NCBI RefSeq assembly: GCF_006345805.1
Contig: NC_043003.1
Coordinates: forward strand, 13,826,001 to 13,890,000
Reading direction: 5' to 3'
DNA length: 64,000 nucleotides
From: Octopus sinensis
Taxonomy: Eukaryota
The notes under the pieces were generated by a model. The model saw nothing but the letters and a program-made list of their open reading frames with translations. It was not told where the DNA came from and did no database searches. The first letter of the stretch is position 1. Each line of letters opens with the position of its first letter. Of the stretch, positions 12,011 to 25,015 are shown piece by piece. The translations under genes and the position numbers were made by a program.

Positions 12011-12385
12011 GTCTTGAGTTACAATGTTTATGAAGTTTAATTACATTTAAAACTTTTATCTTTGTTAATTAATTATTTCACAATATCAATAACATTTACC
12101 AGCAGGACGACGATACATTAGTAATAATAAATATATAGACATTACGCGCGCGGGTACGCACGCACACAGGCGAACACAGCCACGCACGCGCGAATATTAT
12201 CGATCGGTGTGGTTAACCGTCACCCGGAATAGTTATTATTTTTTTATTTAGTTTTTGACTGAATAATCCAAGGGAGACAACTCTTTACTCAGGTAAAGTT
12301 CAATAGCTCCTGTTTAAAAGATTTCGAAAAAAAAAAAAGGTGTCTGCTAGGATAATAACTAAATGAATGACTCATTCTTTACTGT

Positions 12386-12388
<3 letters not shown>

Positions 12389-12460
<72 letters not shown>
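12389..12460. repeat. (GA)n microsatellite
   Basis: About 35 uninterrupted GA units. Confidence 0.95.
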
Positions 12461-12462
<2 letters not shown>

Positions 12463-12565
12463 ACTATAGGCAGGAAGAAAGAAAGGAAAGGGTGAAGGAG
12501 AGAGAGAGAGGGAGAGGAGGAGACAAAACACGTTAAGATAAAAGCAAATAAATAAATAAAAATAA

Positions 12566-12732
12566 GGCGCAGACGTGGCTGTGGGGTTAAAGAAGTCGTG
12601 TTTCCCAACCACAAGGTTTCAGGTTCACTCCCACTGCGTGACATCTTGGGCAAGTGTCTCTTCTACGATAGGTTTGGGCCAACCAAAGCCATGTGAGTTG
12701 ATATGGTAGAAGGAAACTGAGAGAAGCCCATC

Positions 12733-12770
<38 letters not shown>

Positions 12771-12895
12771 GTATATCTATATATATATCTTGTGTATATG
12801 TGTGTGTTTGTTTGTTTATGTCACCAAAATTAAACAGTTCAGTAATAGAGACCGTTACAATAACTAAAAAATATATGCTACCATAAGTACCAGAT
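12566..12895 (+). mobile_element. SINE family B
   Basis: GTGGCTGTG head, ATCTTGGGCAAGTGTCTC CORE-like block, GAAACTGAGAGAAGCCC. Confidence 0.75.
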
Positions 12896-12906
12896 TTATA
12901 CACACA

Positions 12907-12938
<32 letters not shown>

Positions 12939-12997
12939 CAATCTTTAGTTTTTGTGTGTGTGTATGTGTGTGTGTCTCTTTCTCTCTCTCGCTATAC

Positions 12998-13034
<37 letters not shown>

Positions 13035-13132
13035 ATACACATATATATATACACATATATATCATACACATATATATATACACACACATATATATATATT
13101 ATATATATACATACACACATATATATATATTA

Positions 13133-13196
<64 letters not shown>

Positions 13197-13255
13197 TATA
13201 GATATACATATATATATATATATATACACACATATATATATATATATATATACGT

Positions 13256-13530
13256 AAAAAGCACCATCCGTTCGTGTCCGTTGCCAGCCTCGCCTGGCCC
13301 TCGTGCCGGTGGCACATAAAAAGTACCATCCGTTCGTGGCCGTTTGCCAGCTCTGTCTGGCACCCACTACACTCACGGAATGGTTGGCGTTAGGAAGGGC
13401 ATCCAGCCTTAGAAACACTGCCAGATTTGACTGGGCCTGATGAAGCCTTCTGGCTTCACAGATCCCAGTAGAACCGTCCAACCCATGCTAGCATGGAAAA
13501 CAGACGCTAAACGATGATGATGATGATGAT
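13256..13530 (+). mobile_element. Family C element (RTE-type 3' tail)
   Basis: GGTTGGCGTTAGGAAGGGCATCCAG...CCAACCCATGCTAGCATGG...(GAT)n. Confidence 0.85.
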
Positions 13531-13540
13531 ATACATATAG

Positions 13541-13601
<61 letters not shown>

Positions 13602-14039
13602 TATACATATATAACGACTATTGAAAATATTGCAAGACGCAACGAAAATTTTCGAAATATAAAAAGAAATAAGTGGAAATTTTACCGGTGAGTGTCAAAT
13701 TGTAAGCCACTAATAGAGAATAACTCTCTCCAGGCACAACAGAGTATGCTTCAACGCACGATCTCATAAGTACTGGGGTTGACGATTTCTTACACTAAAC
13801 CCCTTCAAGGCATGTGTCCCAGCATGGCTGCAGTCCAATGACTGAAGCAAGTAATTGGACTGGATACCCCATTTTTAGCCCTAATGGGAACCCATTCATG
13901 TAATATAAACGAGCCCGTTCCTTGGCAGAACAATTAGAAACCAACAAAGGAATTCCTTTCTCTTTTACCTGAGACTGCCAGCCTGGCTGAAGTTAAGTCT
14001 ACTTCTGCCGCAATGAAAATAGGTGTGCTAACACAAAGT

Positions 14040-14267
14040 TTAACCCTTTAGTGTTCACATTATTCTGCCAAAATTAATACTTTTTTATCCACATTGCTTT
14101 GAACTAATCTTGTATTATCTTGTAGTTATGAGATTTTGATGAGGTAGCTGTTAATTTTTAAGATGATATTGTAGGGTTGGTGTGAGAGACCAGATCTGTC
14201 CAGTTTGAACATAAAACAAGCAGAATACTTTTGGCCGGATATGGCCGGTTAAATGCTAAAGGGTTAA
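14040..14267 (-). mobile_element. piggyBac-like MITE family M1, 228 bp
   Basis: TTAACCCTTTAG...CTAAAGGGTTAA termini; reverse complement of the 37497-37724 copy. Confidence 0.8.
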
Positions 14268-15097
14268 AAGACAAAATTATTTATTTAGTCAATTAGTAAA
14301 ATCTGAAGAAACTAGCGCCTACAAATAGTACTATATATTTATAATTAGTATTATTGCGTTTAAGGAACAAACGTAATTGTGTTAAAGATAACACTTTGAG
14401 TGAAAAGAATAAGGTGGTACAGTTTCCATTCTCACTTGAATCTGCTGAAAGGTGTAAATGTCACAAATTCTATGCTCTTCCTTATTATTTATTATAACAC
14501 CTTCGTGTCTTGTAAAAACTTAATAACGAAATAACCAAGAAGAGAGAAAATTTCAGGACATTTTCTGCATCTGAAACAAGTAGGTAAGTCGATGCTAGGA
14601 GGCAGAAGAATGAAACATGCCGGACTTTGTGACTTGTGAAAGCTAGGAAATAGTAACGGAGGAGAGGGGGGGGGGACTTTGGGACTCTTTCTGCATCTAA
14701 AATACAGAGTCGAGTCCATACTAGAATGCAAAGAAATGAAACATGCTAGATCCTGTAGTACCATTTCAATTTCTGCTCGTGGCAATTTCATCTCACGCCA
14801 ATTACTTGACAAAGGAATGTTTGATCATTCACTCAAGTTTTATTCTCCTGGCGACAAATGTAGAATACTATTTGCATAACTGCAATGAGACAGGTATTAA
14901 GTAAAGTAATAAAGTTCATTGTGAGCTGAGCCTGAAATTTAGCTTCTTAGTTTAAGAAATGGTAGTCCTGATTTTCCTTATACCTTCACTCCTTAAAAAA
15001 TAAAAAAAGAAAACAGAAACACGAGACTTTATACCTTTGCAAGAAACTGTTATAGCTCTTAATTCTATATAAATCACTATTATCATCATCATCATCA

Positions 15098-15330
15098 TCA
15101 TCATTGTTTAACGGCCACTTTCCATGCTAGCGTGGGTTGGACGATTTGACTGAGGACTGGCAAACCAGATGGCTGCACCAGACTCCAATCTGATCTGGCA
15201 GAATTGCTACAGCTGGATGCCCTTCCTAACACCAACCACTCCAAGAGTGTAGTGGGTGCATTTACGTGCCACCGGCACGAGGGCCAGTCAGGCGGTAATG
15301 GCAACAGCCACGCTCAGATGGTGTTTTTTA
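15098..15330 (-). mobile_element. Family C element
   Basis: (CAT)n...TTTCCATGCTAGCGTGGGTTGGAC...GCTGGATGCCCTTCCTAAC. Confidence 0.85.
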
Positions 15331-15559
15331 CTAGGCTTAAAAAATAAGTCTTGGGATCGATTTGTTCAACTAAAATCCTTCAAGGCTGTGCCCTAGCACT
15401 GCAGCAACCAAATTACTGAAACAAGTAGAAGAACAGAAGAATAGCAGAATAGAAGAACAGAAGAAAAGAATGAAGAATGCCTATTCTAAACTATTACTCC
15501 CTCCGTTGCATATACCAGATCCTCAAAACAGTTTATACAATCCCCATGCTCCCTTTCTA

Positions 15560-15800
15560 AAGTCAAACAGTACATCTAGAGGACTCGAATAATTCTAATT
15601 CCTTTTCTCTGCTGTAGATCCTCCGCATTCTTCATCAATGTTTCACTACCAAACAACACAAAACTTCTTACCTGTATTCTCAGAACATTGTCTTCAATTA
15701 TGTAGAAAGAATCCTTGTGTTGCCAACAAAACCAGCACATGTGTTTTCATTCCAGAAGTACTCTCATGCTGTTATCTACACCATTGCATTTGGTATGCCA
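15560..15800 (-). pseudogene. Decayed RTE-clade LINE ORF fragment
   Basis: Minus strand reads VRSFVLFGSETLMKNAEDLQQRK, resembling the RTE post-RT motif VRSxxLYGSETW...EDxxRLE. Confidence 0.55.
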
Positions 15801-16044
15801 GAAATTCTGCTTCCCTGTCAGTTTGCCAAAAATCCCCGTTGCACCTTTTATTTATTTATTTTTTTTTTCATGCCCCCACTATTTGTACTGACTACAGCTT
15901 GGGTTTTCAAGTTTACTCCCTTCCTGCATTCCAAGCTAGACCATTCCACTTTACGCTGTTCTGTATTTTTTTGTCTTTTTAATAATTTTCTTTCGTTTTG
16001 TAAAAGGAGGGTAGCAAGCAGTAGTTACAGACTACAATCTTATT

Positions 16045-16705
16045 TTTTACATTTAACTTGCTTCAGTCATTAGACTGTGGCCATGCTGCGGCACTGCCTT
16101 AAAGAATTTTTAGCCGAATGAATCCACCCCAGCGCTGAGCATTTTTGCTAAACCTGGTACTTGTTCTCTCAGCTTCTTTTACTGAATCGCTAAGTTACGG
16201 GGACGTAAACACACCAACACTGGTTATCAAGCAGTGATGTGGGGACAAACACATGTTAAATGATGGTGATCGGTACATACACACACACACACACACTGCA
16301 TATCCTCTTTTACTTGTTTCATCATTTGATTGTGGCCATGCTGGAGCACTGCCTTTAGTCGAGCAAATTGACCCCAGGACTAATTCTTTGTAAGCCTAGT
16401 GCTTATTCTATCGGTCTCTTTTGCTGAACTGCTAAGTTATGAGGACATAATCAAACCAGCATCGGTTGTCAAGTGATGTTAGCGGGGACAAACACAGACA
16501 CACAAACAGACATACATACATATATATATATACTTATATACGATGGGCTTCTTTCAGTTTCCCTCTACCAAATCTACTCACAAGGCTTTGGTTGGTCTGA
16601 GGCTATAGTAGAAGACACTAGCTCAAGGTGCCACGCAGTGGAACTGAACCCCGAACCATGTGGTTGATAAGCAAGCTACTTACCACACAGCCACTCCTAT
16701 GCCTA
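16045..16705 (-). mobile_element. Two SINE family B copies (tail only, then full length)
   Basis: Two family B tails; the second continues to the CTTACCACACAGCCACTCC head. Confidence 0.85.
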
Positions 16706-17166
16706 TACAAATTATGAATTTAAGACAACCTGACTAACGTCCAGCAAATAATGGACACTAATGATAGACCACAGAGTGTAAACAGAACCACACTGACTTT
16801 TCAAAATCATTTTAGAGACAATACCCCTAATCTATTTACCGATACTGCAGCACCAACCCTTATTTCCACCATCTTGCCCACGACAATGGCAAAAAACGAA
16901 AAACGGAAAAAACCAAACTCCCCCTAGTGATGTTTGCACAAGTGTTTGTTCGTACCCTAACAACCGGATTCAAACATGCACAACATAAATACCAGTGTAT
17001 GGTGTTGCTGTCCAGGTAAACCATATTGCGGAGAAGTAAATAAGCTGCTGCTTTCGTTTCATTATGAAGTGAAACCAATATTACAAGGGAAGGAGGGAAA
17101 ATATATATGTGTGTGTATATGTATGTGTATATATGTGTATGTGTTTATGTATGTAAATATATATAT

Positions 17167-17202
<36 letters not shown>

Positions 17203-17424
17203 TATATACGCACACACACATGTACACAAGTATATGTATATATATGTATATATATATATATACATATATGTATATATATATATATATATGTATGTGTATG
17301 TATATATATATGGATATATATACATACGCATGTATATATATATATATATATATAATATATATATATATTTGTGTGTATATATATATATATATATATTACG
17401 TAAAATATAGAGCTGTGAGTTTTA

Positions 17425-17483
<59 letters not shown>

Positions 17484-17619
17484 TTAAAAATAAAAAGTTT
17501 GTAACTATTGTAACAGAATTTCTGTACTGCTTATATTAATTACCAAAGTTTTGCTTAATTACAATCAAGGGAAGTATAAAATCTATACACTCAAATATAA
17601 CAACATGATTGGCCAATTA

Positions 17620-17970
17620 CTTGTGGCCACTAGTGGGTAAACGATATAGAGCTCCTTCAGTCATCAAAGATATTGGGATTGCACCTAGAAAGTTCCCCTC
17701 TAAGGTACAATTCTGGGCCAGGTTGTTTTGTGGAAGACCAGCAGTCACCCGTATGTACCGATCACCTCACTCCATGCCACTGATGTTATCCAAGGGAAAG
17801 GCAACAAAGCTTGGCACCAATGACATCCCAGCTCATTTCTTCAGCTGAGTGAAATGGAGCAACGTGAAATAAAGTGTCTTGCTCAAGAACACAACACACA
17901 GCCTGGTCTGGGAATCAAACTCACAACCGTAAACCTGATGATCTAACCACTAAGCCACGCGTCTTCACTA
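17620..17970 (-). mobile_element. SINE family I
   Basis: Shares TCCAAGGGAAAGGCAA...GGAGCAACGTGAAATAAAGTGTCTTGCTCAAGAACAC with 4222-4720. Confidence 0.75.
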
Positions 17971-18254
17971 TTGGACAAGATCAGTTTAATAGAAAAATAA
18001 AGGGTGGTATATTGGTAAGGAATGGTAAAGAGAAATATTGAAGGTTTCTGGCAGAACCTTAGACTGACATATAAAAGGTTTCGTCTTCAATTACATCCAC
18101 TTTTTGCTACATATTGGAGTATATACAAAAATCAGAAAAAAAAAAATTTATCATACCTTCTACTTTAGTCAAAGGCCTCGAGAGGGGATAAGTAGAAACT
18201 AAAAGAAGCCCATTGTATATATAATGATGATCATTATCATCAATGTCATCATTA

Positions 18255-18700
18255 TTATTTAATGTTCATTTTCCATGCTGACATAGATTGGATGGTTTGT
18301 GAACAGGAGCTGGCTAGCCAAAGGACTATGCAAAGGTTGCTTTCTTTCTCGTGGATTCTATGGCTGGATGCCCTTCCTAACACCAACTGCTTTACTGAGT
18401 GTACTGGGTGCTTCTTAGCACAGTACTAGCATCATGTGTGTGTGTGTGTGTGTTGATGTTCTATTGTCTCCTTGCCTTGACTTTGCACGATAGCTGTAAA
18501 CGAGCATCACCATCATGCAAGCAGTGTCATTGTTTCCAGCCTCCTGCAAAATGCCTGCTCAAGGGGAAATGCTACCTGATATGGAAACAGATCAGGATTG
18601 GTGACAGGAAGGACATCTGGCCATAGAAGAATCCATCTCAACAAATTCTGTCTGACCCATGCAAGCGCAAAAAAGCGAACATTCAACGATGGTAATGATG
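18255..18700. mobile_element. Oppositely oriented family C / RTE tail fragments
   Basis: TGGATGCCCTTCCTAAC on the left; GGTGACAGGAAGGACATCTGGCC...CCCATGCAAGC on the right. Confidence 0.6.
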
Positions 18701-19685
18701 ATGTATGTACGAATAGATGAAACAACACATTGAATTCAACAGTACTTCTGAATATTTCAAATTTCACATAAAAAAGTAATTCAAAAAAATTTTTTTTATT
18801 TCCCAGTGAATGATTTAAAATGATTTAAACTGCCTTAACAATAAAATGAATACAGCGTTAGGAAGAAATATGAAAAACAATTAAATATTTTATTATATCC
18901 CACCCCAGTTTTATGCTAAACAGCACACACTAGTGGTGTGGGAGATCAATTTATTAGCATTCGTGTGCTTGATTGATACTCAACAATGAGAGCCTTGCAA
19001 ATTATAAACATTAACGAGAGAGTGACAAGTTGGAAAGTAGGAAAAGAAACACACACACAAAGGAAAAAAGCAAAACGAAATCCAAAAATACCCACACAAG
19101 CATATGTGCACTTCACATGCACATATTCACATGCAGCAATAACAATAGCAACAACAACAACAACAACAGCAAAATTTTTAGTGAAAATCCTTTCATCGAA
19201 TCACATGCTGAAGTTAACTTGCATTCAAGTCTCCAGAGAGCATTTCATTTCATTCACCTAAGTTTTTAATAACAAATAAGGAAATTAAAAATTTCAAATT
19301 TTGTTTTAGCTTTGTATGTTTTGTTTCTTCTCTCTCTCGTTCTTTCTCAAAGAATGCTAACGAGAAGATACAGAGAAATAGAAATAGAAACAAAAACAAA
19401 AAACAGAAAAAAAAGCTGTTAAGTTTTGCATGTGTATATGAAAGAAATCTGACCTGATGAGCGAGTTATAATAATAAGTCAGGAATATTAAAAGTGCCTG
19501 GTTATTTATTGATCACGTAATGATGATGGTGATTGCTTCAATGCTCACGACCATTGCTGTGGTGTGAACACAACGCTTCTTTATTCAGGTAGTTTGACTG
19601 ACAAATACATTCCTCTCTAACTTCACAATATAATGGTTAGCTGTAGGACAGGCAACCAGATGGTACAATAAACATTGTACACTAA

Positions 19686-19917
19686 GGCAGCGAGCTTGGC
19701 AGAAACGTTAGCACGCCGGGCAAAATGCGTAGCCGTATTTCGTCTGTCGTTACGTTCTGAGTTCAAATTCTGCCGAGGTCGACTTTGCCTTTCATCCTTT
19801 CGGGGTCGATAAATTAAGTACCAGTTACGCACTGAGGTCAATATAATCAACTTAATCCGTCTGTCTGTCCTTGTTTATCTCCTCTGTGTTTAGCCCTTTG
19901 TGGGTAGTAAAGAAATA
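19686..19917 (+). mobile_element. SINE family A, full length
   Basis: Canonical head, body and tail; GGTACAATAAACAT duplicated at 19662-19675 and 19918-19931. Confidence 0.9.
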
Positions 19918-19954
19918 GGTACAATAAACATGCCAACAAAAACCCTCATATAGG

Positions 19955-20325
19955 AGCAGGCATGGCTGTGTGGTTTAGAAGCTTGCTTTGCAACCACAAG
20001 GCTTTGGGTTCAGTCCCATTGCACAGCACTTTGGGCGTTTTCTATCACATAGCCCCAGGCTTCACTGATGACCCATGAGTTCATTTCGTAGACACAAACT
20101 GTGTGTATACCCAGCATATGAATGTGTGCGTATGTGTGTGTGTGTGTGGTGTCTTTGTGTTAGTCCTAACTGGTGTTGGTTTGTTTATGTCCCTGTAACT
20201 TAACAGTTCAGTAAAAACTAACAGAATAAGAACCACACTTTAAAAACATAGTACCAGGGGTCAGTTTCTGTGATCAAATCGTTTTAGGTGATGATCCCAG
20301 CATGGCCACAGTCCAGTGACTGAAA
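19955..20325 (+). mobile_element. SINE family B, decayed
   Basis: GCATGGCTGTGTGG head...CCCAGCATGGCCACAGTCCAGTGACTGAAAC tail. Confidence 0.75.
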
Positions 20326-20332
20326 CTGGCAT

Positions 20333-20652
20333 TCTGATGGTTATGATCACAGAGGTTCCAGTTGATCCGATTGACGGAGCTGCCTGCTAAAAAAATTTAT
20401 GTGCAAGTGGCTGAGTACTCCACAGACACGCATATCTTTAATGTAGTTCCCAGGGAAATTCAACATGACAAAGATTGTGTGGCAAGGATGCCCCTTTGGC
20501 ACACAGGTACTACACATTTTTGCCAGCTGAGTGGACCGGAGCAACGTGAAATAAAGTGTCTTGCTCAAGAAGACAATGTGCCACTGGGAATTGAACTCAT
20601 AGCCTTACGATCACGAGCCAGATACCTTAACCACTAAGCCATAGACCTTCAC
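20333..20652 (-). mobile_element. Chimeric SINE: CORE-like head and body with family D tail
   Basis: GTGCAAGTGGCTGAGTACTCCACAGACACG (D tail) joined to GGAGCAACGTGAAATAAAGTGTCTTGCTCAAG and a tRNA head. Confidence 0.7.
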
Positions 20653-21224
20653 ACACAAACAGACACACATACACAAGCACAGGCACACATACACACAGAT
20701 AGTATGATGTATGTGTTGTGTTTATATTTGTTCCTCCCCTACCAACTGCCTGACAACTGGTGTTCCTTTGTTTACATCCCTGTAACATAGCAGTTTGTCA
20801 AAAGGGGACTGAGAGAACAAATACCAGACTTACAAAAACAAAGAAAAAGGGTGGTAAGAACTGGGGTCAATTTGTAACTGACAGTGCCAGTTCTAAAGCG
20901 GTGGCCCAGCATGGCCACAATCAAATGACTGAAACAAGAAAACAATAAAAGGTAAAAGATATATATGTGAGTGTGTCTGAAAGGCTTCCACACAGTTTCC
21001 ATCGACCAAGTTCACTCACAAGGCATTGATCAACCTGGGATTATAGTAGAATAGTAGAAAAATACATGTCTAATGTGCCACACTGTGGGATTGAACCATT
21101 AACCATGTGGTTGCAAAGTGATCCATTATTTTGGCCGTTGTTGTTGATGATGACCAAAGACAGCACATGAGATGTGTCCAGCCATGGCTAGCCAATCAGT
21201 CCAATGTGAAGCATAAGCCAGTAT

Positions 21225-21600
21225 TATTTATCTTTAGACTGTGGCCGTGGAAGAATTTTTAGTCGAATAAGTCAACCCCAGTGCCTTTCTTTTTTACTCT
21301 TTTTAAACCCTGGTACTTATTCTGTCAGTGTCTTATGCTGAACCGCTACGTTACAAGGGACATAAATACACCAACTCCAGTTCTGAAGCTGTAGTAAGGA
21401 ACAAACACAGACACAAAAATACACGCACACATAGATATATATAAAGGGCTTCTTTCAGTTTTCATCTATCAAATCCACTCTCAAGGCTTTGGTCGGCCTG
21501 AGGCTATAGTAGTAGACACTTGCCCAAGGTGCCATGCTGTGGAACAGAACCCAGAACCATGTGGTTGGGAAACAATCTTCTTACCACACAGCCACACCTG
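21225..21600 (-). mobile_element. SINE family B, full length
   Basis: GGGCTTCTTTCAGTTT...ACTTGCCCAAGGTGCC...CTTACCACACAGCCAC. Confidence 0.8.
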
Positions 21601-21691
21601 TCAATAATTTCTGAAGCCATGATGTAAGATTTCAGAGGTTTAAAAATGCTTTGCTATCCAGCTGAGGTACCCTAGTATGGAACAGTATCTT

Positions 21692-22008
21692 GTGGAGGCA
21701 CATGGCCTAGTGGTAAGAGCAGCAGACTCACGGTTGAGGGATTGCGGGTTCGAATCCCAGACCGGGCAATGTATGTGTTTATGAGCGAAACACCTAAGCT
21801 CCACGCGGCTCCGGCAGAAGGCAATGGCGAACTTCTGCTGACTCTTTCGCCACAACTTTCTCTCACTCTTTCCTCCTGCATCTTGCAGCTCACCTGCGAC
21901 GGACTGGCGTCCTGTCCAGGTGGGGAACCTATATGCCAAAGAAACCGGGGAAACCAGCCCTTATGAGCCAGGCATGGCTCAAGAAGGAACAAACAACAAA
22001 CAACAACA
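21692..22008 (+). mobile_element. SINE family E, full length, (CAAA/CAA)n tail
   Basis: A-box TGGCCTAGTGG, B-box GGTTCGAATCC, body CTGCGACGGACTGGCGTCCTGTCCAGG. Confidence 0.85.
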
Positions 22009-22624
22009 GTATCTTGCACTGTTAAAAAAATTAAAAAAAAAGCTCTCCGGGGGGGAAAAGTTGGTGGTGGTGAGGAGAGCTGGAACATGCTGGATATGGT
22101 CACACAGTGCCAATGTGATTCCCTAAACAATTCTATCACCACAGCAGAGAGCAAGTCTTTGACATAATTGCAAGGCGATTCCAACTGAGAAATAAGTCCT
22201 ACTCGGTGCCACTTCACTCCACTGAACAATCGTTCCAGTTCAGTCGTTCCTTGTTAAATACTCCACATTTCTGTGTGAAAGACACATTGGTAAATATACA
22301 GGTTATCGGTTATCGGCACCAAAAATCTATTCAAAATAACACGTTCCTCTATCTTTATTTATTTAGGTATTTATTTTAATTTACACTGCTATATGGTGTA
22401 TGAAAGCATTAAGCGTTGAAGAAAGCAAGGACGGGGTGGGAAGAGGGTTGAAGGTTGGTTGGTGTGTGTGTGTGTGGGGGGCGATACAGGCGGATTTTTC
22501 GGCGAGGTGAGAGGGGGAGAGGAGGGGGAGGTCGTAGCAATGGCTGGGGGGATGACGATAAAGGAAAGGTATGTATGTTTTGATGGTGATGCGAGAGTAA
22601 AAATAACCATCACAATATTCCGAA

Positions 22625-22662
<38 letters not shown>

Positions 22663-22730
22663 GTGATCAATTCAGGAAATGGATTGAGTGAGAAAGCGAA
22701 AGGAGAATGGAAAATATAGCAGCAGCATAC

Positions 22731-22950
22731 GTCTCTCTCTCTCTCTTTTCCTTTCTCTCCACCTCTCCCTTTCTCTCTCTTCCTTACTCTCTCTCTCTTA
22801 CTTTTTCTCCATCTCTCCCTTTCTTTCTCTCTCTCTCTTCCTTACTCTCCATCTCTCCCTCTCCCTTTCTCTCTCTTCCTTACTCTCCCTATCTCTCTCT
22901 TCCTTACTCTCCCTCTCTCCCTTCCTTACTCTCCCTATCTCTCTCTCTCT
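22731..22950. repeat. Polypyrimidine minisatellite (CTCTCTCTTCCTTACT-type units)
   Basis: TTCCTTACT recurs about 5 times within a CT tract. Confidence 0.85.
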
Positions 22951-23623
22951 ATGTGCTGGCAGTTTTCCAGCTGAATTGTAGAGATTAGAAAATAATCAGT
23001 CCTCAGGTTTTTCTGTAGAAGTGTGACATCATTCACAGCTATCATACACTTTCTGAGAAAATCACATATATAGCACACACTTCACTACCTCGTGGTGTGT
23101 ATATACGTGTGTGTGTTTATACGTGCGCGCGTGTAGCACACATGGTTTTTTAAAAAAAATATCTACAAGCTCATGTGAACACAAAAACACGTAATACAGA
23201 CGATATACACTTTAAAACACGCACACATACACACACACATATATATATATATATACACACACATACAAACGTAATCGGCAGATACACCTTTAAACACATT
23301 TAATAGGAGGCAAGAAGCGGAAGAGAGAGAAAAAAGGAGAGAGAGAGAAGACAGAGAGAGAGAAGGAGACAGAGAGATAGGGGGGAAGGAAGGTATAGGG
23401 AAGAGAAACTTGATCCAGAGGTTTGCGTTAAGAAATACAAAAAAAACTAGAGAACTCAGTACAACTTCAGTTTTGTAGCCCTTTACAGTCGGCATATAAA
23501 GCAACTCTATATGCATAATATGTGTAAATAAACACAACATACTGTATGTTACACGTGGAGATTCAAGCACGCACGCACGCATAGAAGCCAGTGTACTTAC
23601 TTCTGTACGAGAAAGTACATGCT

Positions 23624-23809
23624 CTTTTACTTGTTTCAGTCATTTGACTGCGGCCATGCTGGAGCACAGCCTTTTTAGTCGAACAAATCGATCCCAGGAC
23701 TTATTCTTTGTAAGCCTAGTACTTATTCTATCGGTCTCTTCTGTCGAACTGCTAAGTTACGGGGACAAACACAGACACACAAATACATACATTATATATC
23801 TCTCTCTCT

Positions 23810-23847
<38 letters not shown>

Positions 23848-24215
23848 GTTTCTACTCTAGGCACAAGGCCCTAATTTTTGGGGGAAGGGGCCAGTTGATT
23901 AGATCGACCCCAGTACAATACTGGTACTTAATTTATCGACCCCGAAAGGATGAAAGGCAACCTCGGCGGAATTTGAACTCAGAACGTAACGGCAGACGAA
24001 ATACTGCTAAGCATTTCGCCCGGCGTGCTAACGTTTCTATACACACACACACACGACGGGCTTCTTTCAGTCTCCGTCTACCAAATCCACTCACAAGGCT
24101 TTGGTCTACCCGAAGCTATAGTAGAAGACACACTTACCCAAGGGCCCACGCAATGGGACTGAACCCGGAACCACGTGGTTGGGAAGCAAGCTTCTCACCT
24201 TACACCCACTCCTGC
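23624..24215 (-). mobile_element. SINE family B with a nested SINE family A (about 23851-24035)
   Basis: B tail, (TA)n, A copy, then B head. Confidence 0.8.
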
Positions 24216-24754
24216 ACGATATCTAAATCAATTTTAACAAGCTTTCCCTAATGAGCGTGCAAGTAAGAATCAAAATGTATTTCATATAGATGTTTTAACA
24301 TACGAAACACCTCCAAGGCACCGAAAGACATTAAAAAACAAAAAAGCTTCCAAGAATATTTTAAAACAAATTATAATAATGTTTTCAAATTGACATCTGT
24401 AGAAATATGTACACAAATTATTAAACAACACACATTACATATGCGTTATTCTATGTATGTCAAACATTTTGTCTTGCAACGTCTATTTGCATCGTTTCTC
24501 GGTTATCTTTTGCATGTTTCAGTCATTAGACTGCGGCCATGCTGGGGCACCACGTTGCAGTATATTTTTAGGCAATTGAATCGACCTCTTCCCATCCCCC
24601 CAGTACTTTATTTTTTTTAAAAGCCTGGTTACTTATTTTGTTTGTCTCATTTGCCGAACCGCTGAGTTACCGTTACGTAAATAAACGAACACCAGTTGTC
24701 AAGCGATGGCGGGGGACAAACAGACAAAAGAGGCACACACCTATATATACATAC

Positions 24755-24790
<36 letters not shown>

Positions 24791-24792
<2 letters not shown>

Positions 24793-24985
24793 CCATGTTG
24801 ATTCGTTAGCTACTGCACGCATTTTTTTTCTCTCCTTCTTTCTGTGTATCTTTCTGTTGAAGAGCGTAGGCTCGAAACGTTAAAGACTTGTTTTATTTAT
24901 ATTTCCTGAGCGCCATACTAATACAATTGTTCGTTTGTTTTCCACCTGCCTTCGTCTTTTGTTTATTTTCATAAAGCTTCCCGTT
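24791..24985 (+). mobile_element. Penelope-like terminal-repeat remnant (family P1), in (TA)n
   Basis: CGCCATG...GAAGAGCGTAGGCTCGAAACGTTAAAGAC...TCCTGAGCG...CTTCGTCTTTTG; carries an HHR-like motif. Confidence 0.6.
24849..24886 (+). ncRNA. Minimal type I hammerhead-like motif, A6->U variant
   Basis: TCTTT CTGTTGA A GAGC-GTAG-GCTC GAAA CG T T AAAGA: 5-bp stem I, 4-bp stem II, palindromic ACGT stem III. Confidence 0.55.
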
Positions 24986-25015
24986 ATATATATATATATA
25001 TGTATATATATATTC

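Noticed and set aside
12952-13481. Long YI/YT/HT/CV-rich ORFs here and at 17107-17504, 30855-31506, 39873-41025, 47283-47718 and 63021-63463
   Set aside because: They are translations of (TA)n/(CA)n/(TG)n microsatellites, which lack stop codons.
13620-13770. Possible additional Penelope-like remnant after (TA)n
   Set aside because: No second copy in the window and no HHR core, so it cannot be supported.
14557-14583. Plus-strand 27-nt exon with GTAAGT donor
   Set aside because: The acceptor is preceded by a purine-rich tract, and the segment is part of a degenerate local direct repeat.
15494-15510. TACTCCCTCCGTT, resembling a Stowaway terminus
   Set aside because: No matching second terminus was found.
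21692-21770. tRNA genes at SINE heads (also 31927, 10820 and others)
   Set aside because: A/B boxes are present, but no full cloverleaf or acceptor stem; each continues into a SINE body.
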